The position numbers were made by a program, and so were the translations under genes. Source: an uncultured Bacteroidales bacterium (GTDB taxonomy: Bacteria > Bacteroidota > Bacteroidia > Bacteroidales > ML635J-15). From it: 64,000 nt of DNA. The notes under the pieces were generated by a model. The model had not been told where the DNA came from and ran no database searches. It saw nothing but the letters and a program-made list of their open reading frames with translations. Positions 45,625 to 55,521 of the stretch are shown piece after piece. Location of the stretch: positions 24,674 to 88,673 of the forward strand of contig CALDKB010000054.1 of assembly GCA_937899245.1 (NCBI GenBank), read 5' to 3'. How positions within the stretch are numbered: position 1 is the first letter of the stretch; each line of letters starts with the position of its first letter.

Positions 45625-48600
45625 TTACTGTTCCTTCTTTTCGTCATAGTTCTCGATGATATTCTGAATCGATTTGCGTAGGGTCTGTTGTAGCGAAATT
45701 CTGCCCAATCCCGACTTGTTGACAAGGTTAATGGATTGAGCTATAGCTTTCTCGTCCTTGTACAACGGTTTTACAAGTCTGAATTCAAAGTCGTCGGATT
45801 CCTCGACTAGTTCGCCCTCTTCTTCGTCGTTCTTTTTCTTTTTCCCCTTGTTTTCCTTTGGCTCTTTAGTTTGGACATTTATTCCAAGTGGAATTGGTAG
45901 GCCTTTTGGCTCGAGTACCGAAATGTGGAAGAAATACTTGAAGTCGAAGTCCATTTTGCCGCTGACGGCAACTTTGTATTTGTCCATTGACAAAGTGAAT
46001 GGATAAACGCTGAGGATGTTATTGTCGATGGTGAATTCAACCGACATGTTGTCGATGACATTTTTTGTCTGCTTCTTGAACAGAAGGTATTTGGCTATTG
46101 TGGTGAATGTTTCGCCATCGAGAAGGACAAGGTCCTTTCCGTTGATGTGGCATGCGGTCTGCAACGTCGATAGAACTGGTTCCATCTCATTGTCGAGGTC
46201 GGCTATTGCCGACAGTTCGCAGTCGAGCTTTCCCTCAAACGAACTGAGCATTGGCAATATGGAGTCAATCATAGGAACAGCAGTCAAAAGGTTTTCCACA
46301 GTAACATTAGTTCCGAAAAGATCAAGTCCGACTTTCGCTTTTTCAAGGTTGTCGCATTGGTATGTAGCGCTAAGTTTCAGGTCGCCGATATTGCTGCTTG
46401 TACGCAAATCCTTAATGGAGAGGGTGCTGTTTTGGGCAGTTATTTCCCCATTGAAGTCGTTCATCTTTAGTCCGGCAAATTTTATGGTGTCCATTTTTAC
46501 AGTTATGCCGCAGTTTAAGTTTGCCGGGACTACAATAAGCTCCATAGGTACCGTGTCAAGATCGATTTCGGAAGAAGATGTGTCGGTGGCTTCGTTTTCC
46601 TCGTCTGTAATATTTTTTTCTTCGCTATATGCCAAATCGATGAATTCCTTCATTTTGCCCATCCTTTCGGTATATATTTCGCTGAGGTCACGTTTTGTGT
46701 AGGTCTTGCGTATGGAATCGATGATCTGTGCTTTGACAGAGTCGCTAACTTCAACATGGTTGATGTTTATGCTTTTTTGCTGCATTTTATCTATGCGCTC
46801 AAGTGCGGCCTTCCTAGCAACGTCGTCCTTCAGTTTTTCTTGTTCACCGATATAGTTGGCATATAAAAGTTCGTTAAGGTCCAAGTTCCTTGATGTAATT
46901 TCAATGTTTCCGCTAAGTGTTTTGTCGCGAAGCAGAGCTCGGCGTACATTTTCGATCTTTCCGTTTAGTCTGAGACCCGACTTTCCAACTCGCATGAAGA
47001 AATTGTTAAGCTGGATGGTATCGTCGGTAAAGGTAATGTCAAATTTGCGGGCAGCCGTTCGCAAATTGAAATAAGGTGACATGTATCTGGCTGTCTTGGC
47101 ATATATCTTGCCGTCGAAAGTAAATTTCTTCAGCGCAGACTCGGCATCTGTCACACTGTTGCATAATGTAAGTAGCGAGTCCATGTCAATCGGGGTTCTG
47201 CTTGTGGGATCAATTTCCACACGTTTGCCGTCAACTCTCATGAACTTACGAATTCTGGGACGGCCGTTCATTTCTATTCTAGTGGAATCGAGGAATGCTC
47301 CCATTGTAGGTTCGTAGTATGTGATTGAGTCGAGGTTCAGCGTTGCTTTGAGTGCAGGAATAAGGGCGTCGGCCTCGTCTGGTCTTACCGACATTGAAAT
47401 CCTTCCGCTCTTTCCCGAGACGAACATTGTGTCGGCAACAATTGCCTGCATGCCGTTTAGACGTCCAGAAACACGCATCTGCGGTACTTCGTTGACTGGT
47501 TCGTCAACGTTGGCATTAAGGTTAAGTCTCGATATCGTCGCCTGTATTGTGCGTGGCATTGTTATCTTTAAGGTGTCGACAACAACTTTTGCATTGGTCA
47601 AGTGGGTTTGTCCGGTTCGTCTTGATTGCTTGGAATTCATGCCGACTTCTGCACTTGCATTTTCACCGTAAGCAAAGAATTTCTGCGATGGGATTCTCAA
47701 CATAATGCGGTCGATGTCGATATTTCCAAGCATGTATATTTTTGTGAAGTTGATTTTCATAAGGTCGCTTAGTGAGAAGCGTGCTTCGAAGTCGGACGAA
47801 AGGTTCCCCTTGTATATCAAGTCGTCGATAGGGAAGAGGCTTGATATGTAATCGAGGTTCAGGTCGCAATTAAGCTTAGCGTCGATATACGGGTCGTTGA
47901 GAATGTTGCTGGCCTTGCCCTTTAATTTAATGTAGGTTTCTCCGGCGGAAGCATTTAGTTCCGAAATATTGATGTACGATTTGCGTTTGTTTTCGGAATT
48001 GTAGCTTAAGTCGGCATCAAGATTTAGTTTTGCGGTGGCGTTCATGTCTTTGGCGACAGCTTCTATGTCGCTAAGCGACAGTTTCGCTTCGATGTTTGGG
48101 AAAGTGTCGTTTTTGTATCGGCCTTGTGCCTTGCCGCAGAAATTTAATGCGCCAGAAATTTTGTAGTCTTTGATTCCGCTGATCAGGCTCTCGGGAATAA
48201 AGTTGAGAACATTGTCGATTCGTGGAATTGATATGTTTGCGTTCAGGTCGGTATTCCATGATGAATCTGTCATGTATTCGGCTGTGCCTGAAACTTTTAC
48301 GAAAATGTCTGTGCTCGTGATGTCCAAAGTGTCGATATCGAATTTGTTAAACTCGTCGTCGCATTTTACTTTCAGGGCAAAATCAAGAGGAATGTCGTTA
48401 AATGACATCGAAGAATCTCCAAATTCGTTTAGTAAAAGTTTAAGGCTTGAATTTAAATCGTATGAGCTGTCGTTGATAAATGCCGATGCTTTCAGTTCTG
48501 TGTCATCGACAATTATTTTTGTATTTGAAGAGCTGTCGCAGAATTCTGTGCTAATTTTGCCAAAATTGGTTGTCAGCTCGTAGTTTCCATCGTTTATATT

Positions 48601-49326
48601 GCCGTAGATATTTAGTGTAGAGGTAGGAATTTCTGCCGCAAATTGCGAAGATTCGTCGGCATATCTGGCTTTTAGGTTTAGTTCTGTTGTGAAGTTTAGA
48701 ATGTCGGCGGTCATGTCGCCGGACAAAGAAATGTTTGTAGAGTCGAGACAAGCTGTCATTTGCGACTCGTCGTCAATGTAGTTGACGTGTAGGTTCTTTA
48801 TCGATGCATCCTTAAGCTTTATAATGTAGTCGAATGATGAGGTGTCTTCTTCTTCTGGGGTTGTGTCGGAAATGTAGATGTCCCAGTTTGCTTTTCCTTC
48901 AGGGTTTACATATCCGTTTATTATTGTGTTTGACAGTAAAAGCTTGTTGATAATAATGCTGTCGTTAAGGAATTCGACAGCGTTTACAGAAACGCTAAGA
49001 GTATCTATTATAGCCAATGTGTCGCTAAGGTCGTTCTTAAGCGCTTTTGAATGTATTGTGGCGTCAATGATTTCCAGTTCAACGTCAGGCAGTTTGCTCC
49101 ACACATCCAATTTGATTTTTTCATATTTGATGTTGGCATTAATGTAATCGCAGGCAATGTCGTTTATTGTTTTGTTGCCCGATTCTGAGTTAGCGTATGA
49201 TTCTGCAATCAACGGAGCAAGACCGACAATAATCAGTGCGATGGCAATAATGCTTGCAAGTGGAATAAATATCCACTTTAAAATTTTTTTTGATTTTTTC
49301 TTTGTTTTCTTTTCTTGGTTTTCCAT
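45625..49326 (-). CDS. AsmA/TamB-like large envelope protein
   Basis: 1233 aa. Lys-rich N-terminus followed by a single TM helix (WIFIPLASIIAIALIIVGLAPLI), a long beta-rich body and an AsmA-like C-terminal region. Confidence 0.6.
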   Translation of the reverse strand: MENQEKKTKKKSKKILKWIFIPLASIIAIALIIVGLAPLIAESYANSESGNKTINDIACDYINANIKYEKIKLDVWSKLPDVELEIIDATIHSKALKNDLSDTLAIIDTLSVSVNAVEFLNDSIIINKLLLSNTIINGYVNPEGKANWDIYISDTTPEEEDTSSFDYIIKLKDASIKNLHVNYIDDESQMTACLDSTNISLSGDMTADILNFTTELNLKARYADESSQFAAEIPTSTLNIYGNINDGNYELTTNFGKISTEFCDSSSNTKIIVDDTELKASAFINDSSYDLNSSLKLLLNEFGDSSMSFNDIPLDFALKVKCDDEFNKFDIDTLDITSTDIFVKVSGTAEYMTDSSWNTDLNANISIPRIDNVLNFIPESLISGIKDYKISGALNFCGKAQGRYKNDTFPNIEAKLSLSDIEAVAKDMNATAKLNLDADLSYNSENKRKSYINISELNASAGETYIKLKGKASNILNDPYIDAKLNCDLNLDYISSLFPIDDLIYKGNLSSDFEARFSLSDLMKINFTKIYMLGNIDIDRIMLRIPSQKFFAYGENASAEVGMNSKQSRRTGQTHLTNAKVVVDTLKITMPRTIQATISRLNLNANVDEPVNEVPQMRVSGRLNGMQAIVADTMFVSGKSGRISMSVRPDEADALIPALKATLNLDSITYYEPTMGAFLDSTRIEMNGRPRIRKFMRVDGKRVEIDPTSRTPIDMDSLLTLCNSVTDAESALKKFTFDGKIYAKTARYMSPYFNLRTAARKFDITFTDDTIQLNNFFMRVGKSGLRLNGKIENVRRALLRDKTLSGNIEITSRNLDLNELLYANYIGEQEKLKDDVARKAALERIDKMQQKSININHVEVSDSVKAQIIDSIRKTYTKRDLSEIYTERMGKMKEFIDLAYSEEKNITDEENEATDTSSSEIDLDTVPMELIVVPANLNCGITVKMDTIKFAGLKMNDFNGEITAQNSTLSIKDLRTSSNIGDLKLSATYQCDNLEKAKVGLDLFGTNVTVENLLTAVPMIDSILPMLSSFEGKLDCELSAIADLDNEMEPVLSTLQTACHINGKDLVLLDGETFTTIAKYLLFKKQTKNVIDNMSVEFTIDNNILSVYPFTLSMDKYKVAVSGKMDFDFKYFFHISVLEPKGLPIPLGINVQTKEPKENKGKKKKNDEEEGELVEESDDFEFRLVKPLYKDEKAIAQSINLVNKSGLGRISLQQTLRKSIQNIIENYDEKKEQ

Positions 49327-49353
49327 TTCGGATAAATGAATTGTGATAAAAAA

Positions 49354-49385
49354 TTGAAAGCGAAACGAATACGTTTCACTTTCAA
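49354..49385 (-). terminator. terminator after the C1 peptidase gene
   Basis: The minus strand reads ttgaaagtgaaacg-tatt-cgtttcgctttcaa (one mismatch) followed by T6. Confidence 0.6.
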
Positions 49386-49404
49386 TTTAATATTAATGGG
49401 ATAA

Positions 49405-50637
49405 TTATTTGATGCCCAAGTTCTTCTTTATGTCCTTTGGCAAAGCGTCCTTATGAACGACGATATTCATAGTTTTGTAACGAACGAAAGCCTTGCTAGC
49501 ATAGAACATTCCGTGATATTCGCCGTAGTCGCCCCAGCTGTTCTTAACCATGTAGTATTCGTTGCCCATCTGGTCCTTCGCTGTTCCGTAGATAAGCATT
49601 CCGTGGTCGTCGGTAGTTTCCCAGTTGTCGAAAGCAACCTGGCGTTCTTCCTGGCTTACCCAGCGTTGTGGTGTCGGGTGCTTAGCTGCTTCGTCGGCAA
49701 TCTGCTTTGCGCTCATGCCAGTCCAATGTGCCATATCGCTGCCCTTCATGCTAGCTGCTTCTGCATTAGTTTCTGGCAATACGCAGAATCCCTTGCGAAC
49801 ACCAATCTTGAATCCTTGTTCGCTAACGTCGGAACCCCATGCTATTGGGTAACCGTTTTCGATTGCGTTGTCAAAGATTTCCATCATTTCGTCGATTGTT
49901 ACATTGTAGCACTGCGACCATCTCCAGTTGTCCTGAATTTCAAGAACGAACTTTTCGTTGAATGGGTGATGTGTGTAGGATGTGATAGAAACATAGTCGT
50001 CGGCATTAAGTCCAAGTGACTGGTAGAATGACATTGGAGTGTATTCTTTACCATTGTAGTTGAATTTTTCTGGACATTTGCCTAAATAAACATCGTGGAT
50101 AGCTCTGATTGCGTTGAGCCACAAAGTCTGATTTTCGGCATTTTTCTGCAAGCTCTTGTGGTCGCCCTTTGCGATAGCTTTAACCACAGCTTCTGAAACA
50201 GCAGAAAGTTCAGTGTGGTCAGACAAAGAGTCACCGTACATAACGCCAGGACGCATTTCTGCTTCCGGAACAAGTCCATAGTGAGACATTCCGTAGATAA
50301 CATCGTAGAATGAACCACCCTGCGAGAATGATACATCACCGTGAGTACGAACTGCTGCCTGTGCCCTGTCGATGTATGTGTTGTAAACTGTGTACATTTC
50401 TGCAAAGTCGTATTCGCCTTTGCCCATACGAAGTAATTCTGCTTCAATGAAGCCAAGACCTGAATAGCACCAGCATGTTCCTGCTCTGTTCTGATCCTTA
50501 ACTGAGGTTACAGGCAATTCCTTTACTGTAGTAAATACATAGCCTTCTTCCTCTTCTCCTTCTTTGGCTTCTTGAGCCCACATGTTCGTGCCTATCATCA
50601 GTAGGCTGAGCATTGAAATGATAATTCTTTTGTTCAT
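49405..50637 (-). CDS. pepC: C1-family cysteine peptidase (aminopeptidase C / bleomycin hydrolase-like), secreted
   Basis: 410 aa with a signal peptide. The catalytic Cys context is QNRAGTCWCYSGLGFIE, and the His context is DDHGMLIYG. Confidence 0.75.
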   Translation of the reverse strand: MNKRIIISMLSLLMIGTNMWAQEAKEGEEEEGYVFTTVKELPVTSVKDQNRAGTCWCYSGLGFIEAELLRMGKGEYDFAEMYTVYNTYIDRAQAAVRTHGDVSFSQGGSFYDVIYGMSHYGLVPEAEMRPGVMYGDSLSDHTELSAVSEAVVKAIAKGDHKSLQKNAENQTLWLNAIRAIHDVYLGKCPEKFNYNGKEYTPMSFYQSLGLNADDYVSITSYTHHPFNEKFVLEIQDNWRWSQCYNVTIDEMMEIFDNAIENGYPIAWGSDVSEQGFKIGVRKGFCVLPETNAEAASMKGSDMAHWTGMSAKQIADEAAKHPTPQRWVSQEERQVAFDNWETTDDHGMLIYGTAKDQMGNEYYMVKNSWGDYGEYHGMFYASKAFVRYKTMNIVVHKDALPKDIKKNLGIK

Positions 50638-50670
50638 TGTTATTAATTTAAGTGTTTATTATTAATCATG

Positions 50671-53600
50671 TTAATATAAAATGCTAAGTGATCCGGTGTA
50701 TGGTTGACGTTCTTCACCAATATTTATGATGTATGTGTATGTTCCGGCAGGAACAAGATGTCCGTTGAATGTTCCATCCCAGTATTCTGATGTTCCGTCG
50801 CCGACATAAAGTTTTTGTCCCCAGCGGTTAAACACTACGATTTTTGCATCTGGATACATTTCGATATGTTGCAGTTCCCAAACATCGTTGATTCCGTCGC
50901 CATTTGGCGTGAACACATTAGGAATGTGCAGGCAGTCGGTGGCATTTTCCGGAACGTAAATGTTTTTTAACGAGTACGAGCACCCATTTTCATCCGTAAT
51001 GATAAAATGATATGTGTCGGCATGTAGGTCTGATATGGTATTTTTTTCTCCGAGTGGCTTGTTCGTATAATCCTTTGAAGTTAAATAATATGGAGCTGTG
51101 CCACCAGATATGTTAATGATAATCTTGCCGTCTGTTGCCTCCTTGCAGCTTGTGCTTACAGTCTCGTAGTTTATTGCAAGCATGTCTGGTGCTCCGATGT
51201 TAACGTTTATTTGTGCTGTACAACCTTTGCTGTCCATTACATAAACAGTATGTGGTCCGGAAGTTACATTCTGCATTGTTCTGCTGGTGATGCTGTTATT
51301 CATAAATTCGTTGAGCGAATATGAAAATGGCGCAGTGCCTCCTTCGACAGATACTGTGATAGTTCCGTCGTTGCCGCCAAAGCATGATGCATCGCTGGTC
51401 GTCGCTGTCAACGACATTGATTCAGGTTGAATTATGGAGAATGTGTTTGTCTGCTTGCATCCGTTTGCGTCGGTGACTGTAATTGTGTAGTTGCCGTAGC
51501 AAAGATTTGTCAGGACATTTTCGGTGAATCCGGAATTCCAACTGTAAGTGTATTCGGGCGTACCGCCATGAGCAATAACGATTATGCGACCATCGCACAT
51601 GCCTATGCAACTTGCATTCTTGACACTTCCATCAATTGTAATTGCTGCTGGATTTTGCAATGATACTGCTGCAGTAACAGTACATGAATGGTCGTCGGAG
51701 ACAGTAAGCACATAACTACCGGCAGTTAGGTTGCTTGCTGTGGCTTCTGTTTGTCCGTTGCTCCAGTTGTATGTGTATGGCGAATGTCCGTTTGATACAG
51801 AAGAAACTGTTATTGAACCATTGTTGCCGTTGAAGCAGGAAATGTCGGTGTGTGTTATGTTTAGTGCGATAGGTGGTTCTTGCATTACTTCGACGGTGTC
51901 GGTGTTTGTGCAGTTGTGGCTGTCGGTAATAGTGTATCTGTATAAGATGTTCGGCCTTACGCGGTTGTTAGAAAAGCTAGTCGAACCGTCGGACCAACGG
52001 ATTGAATATGGTGCAGTTCCGCCGTTGGGAGTAATTTCAACAGTACCGAAATTGTCGTTGCAATGAGCATCGGTGCTCGTACTTGTATGTGTAAGCGAGT
52101 CGGGTTCGGTGATTGTTATTGTTTGCCGAGAAGTGCAACCTTCCGAGTCGGTAACATTAAACGACTGAGTGCAAGCACCAAGTTCAACAGTTTCGATTCC
52201 TGTATAAGGTGAGATGCCTCCGGTGGCATTTATTGCTACGGAAGTCGTACCACCGTAGCAGGCAATAGGATCGTAAGTTATATTGATTTGCACTTCTGGC
52301 GATATTGTGCGCTGTGCAGTGTCGGTACATCCATATTCGTTGGTGACGGTGACTGTGTATTGTCCGCTAGTAGTTGCAACAAGAGCGGAGGTGTTGTTGC
52401 CTGTTGACCATTGGTAACTGGTTCCTCCGCCAGCCATTAGCGAAACTTCACCGTTGCAAAGTGCATAGTTGCCAATTATTGTTGCTGTTGGATTTTCCCT
52501 TACCGTAAGGTTCAGTGTGACTATGCTGTCGGTATTGGCTGCCGATGTTAAGAAATGGATGTAGGATCCGGTTGTCGATTCATTGAATCCGTTGAGGTTG
52601 TATGTTTGTCCTTGGCAGATGTCAGCATCAATTGTTGTGTTTATGGTCGAGATTTCTACGTGGTTGATTACAGTACTGTCGCATCCGTTAAGGCTGGTGT
52701 AGTTTCCTATGATTGTTGTGTCGCGGCGAGCAGTAAAGGTATAACCTTGAACTGTAATTGTTTCACCATAATTTGCTTCTGTTGTAAGTTCTGTTTCCCA
52801 CGGATGTCCTATTGAAACATTGAAGTTAACTGCATTTGAAAAGCTGCTGCAACCTACGGTTGTTGTATTTACCTGCATATTTACCGTGTAGTCGCCTTCG
52901 TTTTCAAAAGTGTGTGAAACAGTGTTGCCAGTTTCGTTAGGCGATCCGTCGTTGAAATTCCATACGATATTGTTGTAGTCGTAGTCGACTTCAGAAGAAA
53001 ATTCGATAGCTTCGCCTGTACAGAACATCCCGCTGACACTGGCATCTGTGCTTTCAATTCCGTTAATGTACATTCTTTCCGATAGGTTTGTTGCCATGGA
53101 GCCAACAGTGTATGCGTACGAAACGGCATTGCCAATTCCGTAAACGTGGGCAATAAATCCGTTGCCGCCGCTGATAGTATGCGCCGAGTGCGCAATGTTT
53201 TTTCTTACATACGAATAAGTGGAGTTTCCGTTTACTGCTGCCCAACCTGTTACAGCCGAGCCGTCAAGTCTTATTTGACCTGTGTTAGCAGTTTCGGTAA
53301 CTATGTTAACGAAATGGTTGTTTGGAACTTGTGAAGCGGAGATGGTTGGGTAGAATGTGTTGAATACAATTTCGTCGATTTTCTGTTCGAGCGGGGCTAT
53401 CCACACCATTGAAGGGTCTCCGTATTCTGAACCTCCTTGAGCCTTGCTGACAAGATATAAATAAACGGCTGCTGGGTTTGAGGTTTCTACAAATGCTGAT
53501 CTTTCGGTGTTGGTAATCTGGAATTGGTATGTTTGCCCTTCGTTAATAGTGGCAAGTATGGTTCCGTTCTTTTTTACAGTCGTGTTGTTTGCCGATGCGG

Positions 53601-54429
53601 TAACCCTGATGATATCTTTTGTTCTGCCGGTTCCGCTGCTATTGTATATTGAGTTTGTTACGACAAACATCTTTCCCCATGAATTGACAGGGAATGCCTG
53701 TTCGTAAATGTGGTCGGCAAAATCGTCAGAAGGAACGTTTGTTGAGCAGTCGCCGTTGAATACGGCTATTTTTTTGCAGTCGCGAGCAACAATGTGGGTT
53801 CCCGAAAGGTCTCCAGCTGCACCGGTGCTTGTAGACTTCATAAATACAGATTGTCCTCGGTTTAGTGTAACCGAAAAGGTTGAATTGGCGGAATGCGTTG
53901 TTCCTGAATTTATTGATACCGAAGGAGTAATGTCTATTATTGTGTTGTTTTCTATGGCGGTTATCGAAAATTCACTTTGATTTATGACAGGAGGGAAGCA
54001 TTGTATGATATATTCGTTGCCTAATGCTTGTGTCGGCAGTATGTTTGCTGCGTCGAATGTCGCTGATGCAAAGTTTGAGGAGTAAACGGAAATGGTGTCT
54101 GTTGAGCTAATGCGTATGCACCTGTTTGTTGGCGAAGCTGTGGTGGTTTCGAGGTAGCCTTGTGCGTGAGGTATTGTTACTCTTTGGAGCGAACCGGCAG
54201 CAACATTTACTGTCGTCGTCCATGTGGAGTTTGGGTTATTCAATGTAACGCTGCATGCTCGTTTTGCAGAAACCAAAATGCTTAATTCTAAAGCAGATGT
54301 TCCAGTCGAATGATTGGAGTTCTGCATGAAAACCGCCCAGAATTCAGTCCCTTGCGTTGAGATTGATTGCTGCTGTGCAAATGTTATGCATGAGATAACA
54401 GTAAATAATATTAACAAAGTTTTTTTCAT
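50671..54429 (-). CDS. giant cell-surface protein: IgGFc-binding-like N-terminal domain, PKD domain, about 7 SprB repeats, and a T9SS type B C-terminal domain
   Basis: The start is taken at MKKTLLILFTVISCITFAQQ (54429). GTEFWAVFMQN opens the N-terminal domain. Repeats include DISCFNGNNGSITV...SPYTYNWSNGQ...LTAGSYVLTVSDDHSC. The tail reads IPNVFTPNGDGINDVWEL...VVFNRWGQKLY...WDGTFNG..VPAGTYTYII. Confidence 0.85.
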   Translation of the reverse strand: MKKTLLILFTVISCITFAQQQSISTQGTEFWAVFMQNSNHSTGTSALELSILVSAKRACSVTLNNPNSTWTTTVNVAAGSLQRVTIPHAQGYLETTTASPTNRCIRISSTDTISVYSSNFASATFDAANILPTQALGNEYIIQCFPPVINQSEFSITAIENNTIIDITPSVSINSGTTHSANSTFSVTLNRGQSVFMKSTSTGAAGDLSGTHIVARDCKKIAVFNGDCSTNVPSDDFADHIYEQAFPVNSWGKMFVVTNSIYNSSGTGRTKDIIRVTASANNTTVKKNGTILATINEGQTYQFQITNTERSAFVETSNPAAVYLYLVSKAQGGSEYGDPSMVWIAPLEQKIDEIVFNTFYPTISASQVPNNHFVNIVTETANTGQIRLDGSAVTGWAAVNGNSTYSYVRKNIAHSAHTISGGNGFIAHVYGIGNAVSYAYTVGSMATNLSERMYINGIESTDASVSGMFCTGEAIEFSSEVDYDYNNIVWNFNDGSPNETGNTVSHTFENEGDYTVNMQVNTTTVGCSSFSNAVNFNVSIGHPWETELTTEANYGETITVQGYTFTARRDTTIIGNYTSLNGCDSTVINHVEISTINTTIDADICQGQTYNLNGFNESTTGSYIHFLTSAANTDSIVTLNLTVRENPTATIIGNYALCNGEVSLMAGGGTSYQWSTGNNTSALVATTSGQYTVTVTNEYGCTDTAQRTISPEVQINITYDPIACYGGTTSVAINATGGISPYTGIETVELGACTQSFNVTDSEGCTSRQTITITEPDSLTHTSTSTDAHCNDNFGTVEITPNGGTAPYSIRWSDGSTSFSNNRVRPNILYRYTITDSHNCTNTDTVEVMQEPPIALNITHTDISCFNGNNGSITVSSVSNGHSPYTYNWSNGQTEATASNLTAGSYVLTVSDDHSCTVTAAVSLQNPAAITIDGSVKNASCIGMCDGRIIVIAHGGTPEYTYSWNSGFTENVLTNLCYGNYTITVTDANGCKQTNTFSIIQPESMSLTATTSDASCFGGNDGTITVSVEGGTAPFSYSLNEFMNNSITSRTMQNVTSGPHTVYVMDSKGCTAQINVNIGAPDMLAINYETVSTSCKEATDGKIIINISGGTAPYYLTSKDYTNKPLGEKNTISDLHADTYHFIITDENGCSYSLKNIYVPENATDCLHIPNVFTPNGDGINDVWELQHIEMYPDAKIVVFNRWGQKLYVGDGTSEYWDGTFNGHLVPAGTYTYIINIGEERQPYTGSLSILY

Positions 54430-54561
54430 ACGTGCCAATACGCAAAAACTGCTCAAAGTTACATGTATTTTTTTTTAATTACAACTAATTTTTAAAAAAT
54501 CGGAGACAAGTAATTTGTAATTTGACATCTATGTATAATGGGTTGATATTGTGTATATTAA

Positions 54562-54588
54562 AAAAAAGGCAAGTTTTACTTGCCTTTT
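54562..54588 (-). terminator. terminator after the DUF2795 gene
   Basis: The minus strand reads aaaggcaag-taaaa-cttgccttt followed by a T-run. Confidence 0.65.
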
Positions 54589-54611
54589 CTCATAATCATT
54601 CGTTTAAAATT

Positions 54612-54833
54612 CTAATATTCGTCCTCGTTGAAGAAGAAATCGTCTTTCGACGGATAATCTGGCCAGATATCTTCAATGCTTTCGAAAATTTCTTCATCAT
54701 CTTCAATTTCCTGAAGGTTTTCAATGACTTCCAGGTTTGCACCCGAACGGATGGCGTAGTCGATAAGTTCATCCTTTGTTGCTGGCCAAGGTGCATCTTC
54801 TAACTTTGATGCTAATTCTAATGTCCAATACAT
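54612..54833 (-). CDS. DUF2795-family protein
   Basis: 73 aa. Contains LEDAPWPATKDELIDYAIRSGA..EVIENLQ. Confidence 0.7.
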   Translation of the reverse strand: MYWTLELASKLEDAPWPATKDELIDYAIRSGANLEVIENLQEIEDDEEIFESIEDIWPDYPSKDDFFFNEDEY

Positions 54834-54902
54834 ATTCGTTTGTTTTAAACTAAATCCTAATTCTGTTTTTTGGGAGTGCGAAATAAGTTATTTTTTTTAA
54901 AA

Positions 54903-55463
54903 CTAAATGTTCATATCCCAGAAAATATCTTGCTTTTTATTAACAGCCATGAATTTTCTTCCTAGAACGAATAGGTAGTCTGATAACCTATTGATATACA
55001 GTAAAATATTCTTGTCTACAAATTCGCTTGAGCCCAAGCATACGATTCTTCGTTCGGCACGTCTGCATACTGTGCGAGAAATGTTGCACCAGCTTGTCGC
55101 TTCGCATCCGGATGGCAATACAAATCCTTTTTGTTCTGGCAAAGTTTCGTTTATCGAGTCTATGGCTTTTTCCAGCATGTTAATATCTTTTTCGGAAATT
55201 CCTTTGAGTTTCGCCGCAAGTTCTTCGTGTACTTTTTTGTCGGGGGTTGCAAGGAACGAACCGATGTTGAACAGTTTGTTCTGGATGATATTTAGCATTT
55301 CGTTATCACTGCTTTCCATTTCAAAATTGCGTATCATTCCGATGTTTGAGTTTAGTTCGTCGATTGTTCCGTATGCCTCGATGCGAATGTCGTCTTTTGA
55401 AATTCTTTTTCCGCCTATCAGAGATGTCGTTCCGTTGTCGCCAGTTTTTGTATATATTTTCAT
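54903..55463 (-). CDS. PduO-type ATP:cob(I)alamin adenosyltransferase
   Basis: Contains MKIYTKTGDNGTTSLIGGKRISKDD...EAYGTIDELNS...CRRAERR. The start is taken at 55463. Confidence 0.85.
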   Translation of the reverse strand: MKIYTKTGDNGTTSLIGGKRISKDDIRIEAYGTIDELNSNIGMIRNFEMESSDNEMLNIIQNKLFNIGSFLATPDKKVHEELAAKLKGISEKDINMLEKAIDSINETLPEQKGFVLPSGCEATSWCNISRTVCRRAERRIVCLGSSEFVDKNILLYINRLSDYLFVLGRKFMAVNKKQDIFWDMNI

Positions 55464-55521
55464 TTGTGTTGTTGTTTGTCGTGTGTGCAAATGTAATAAA
55501 AATAAATGTTTTTTTTATTGC

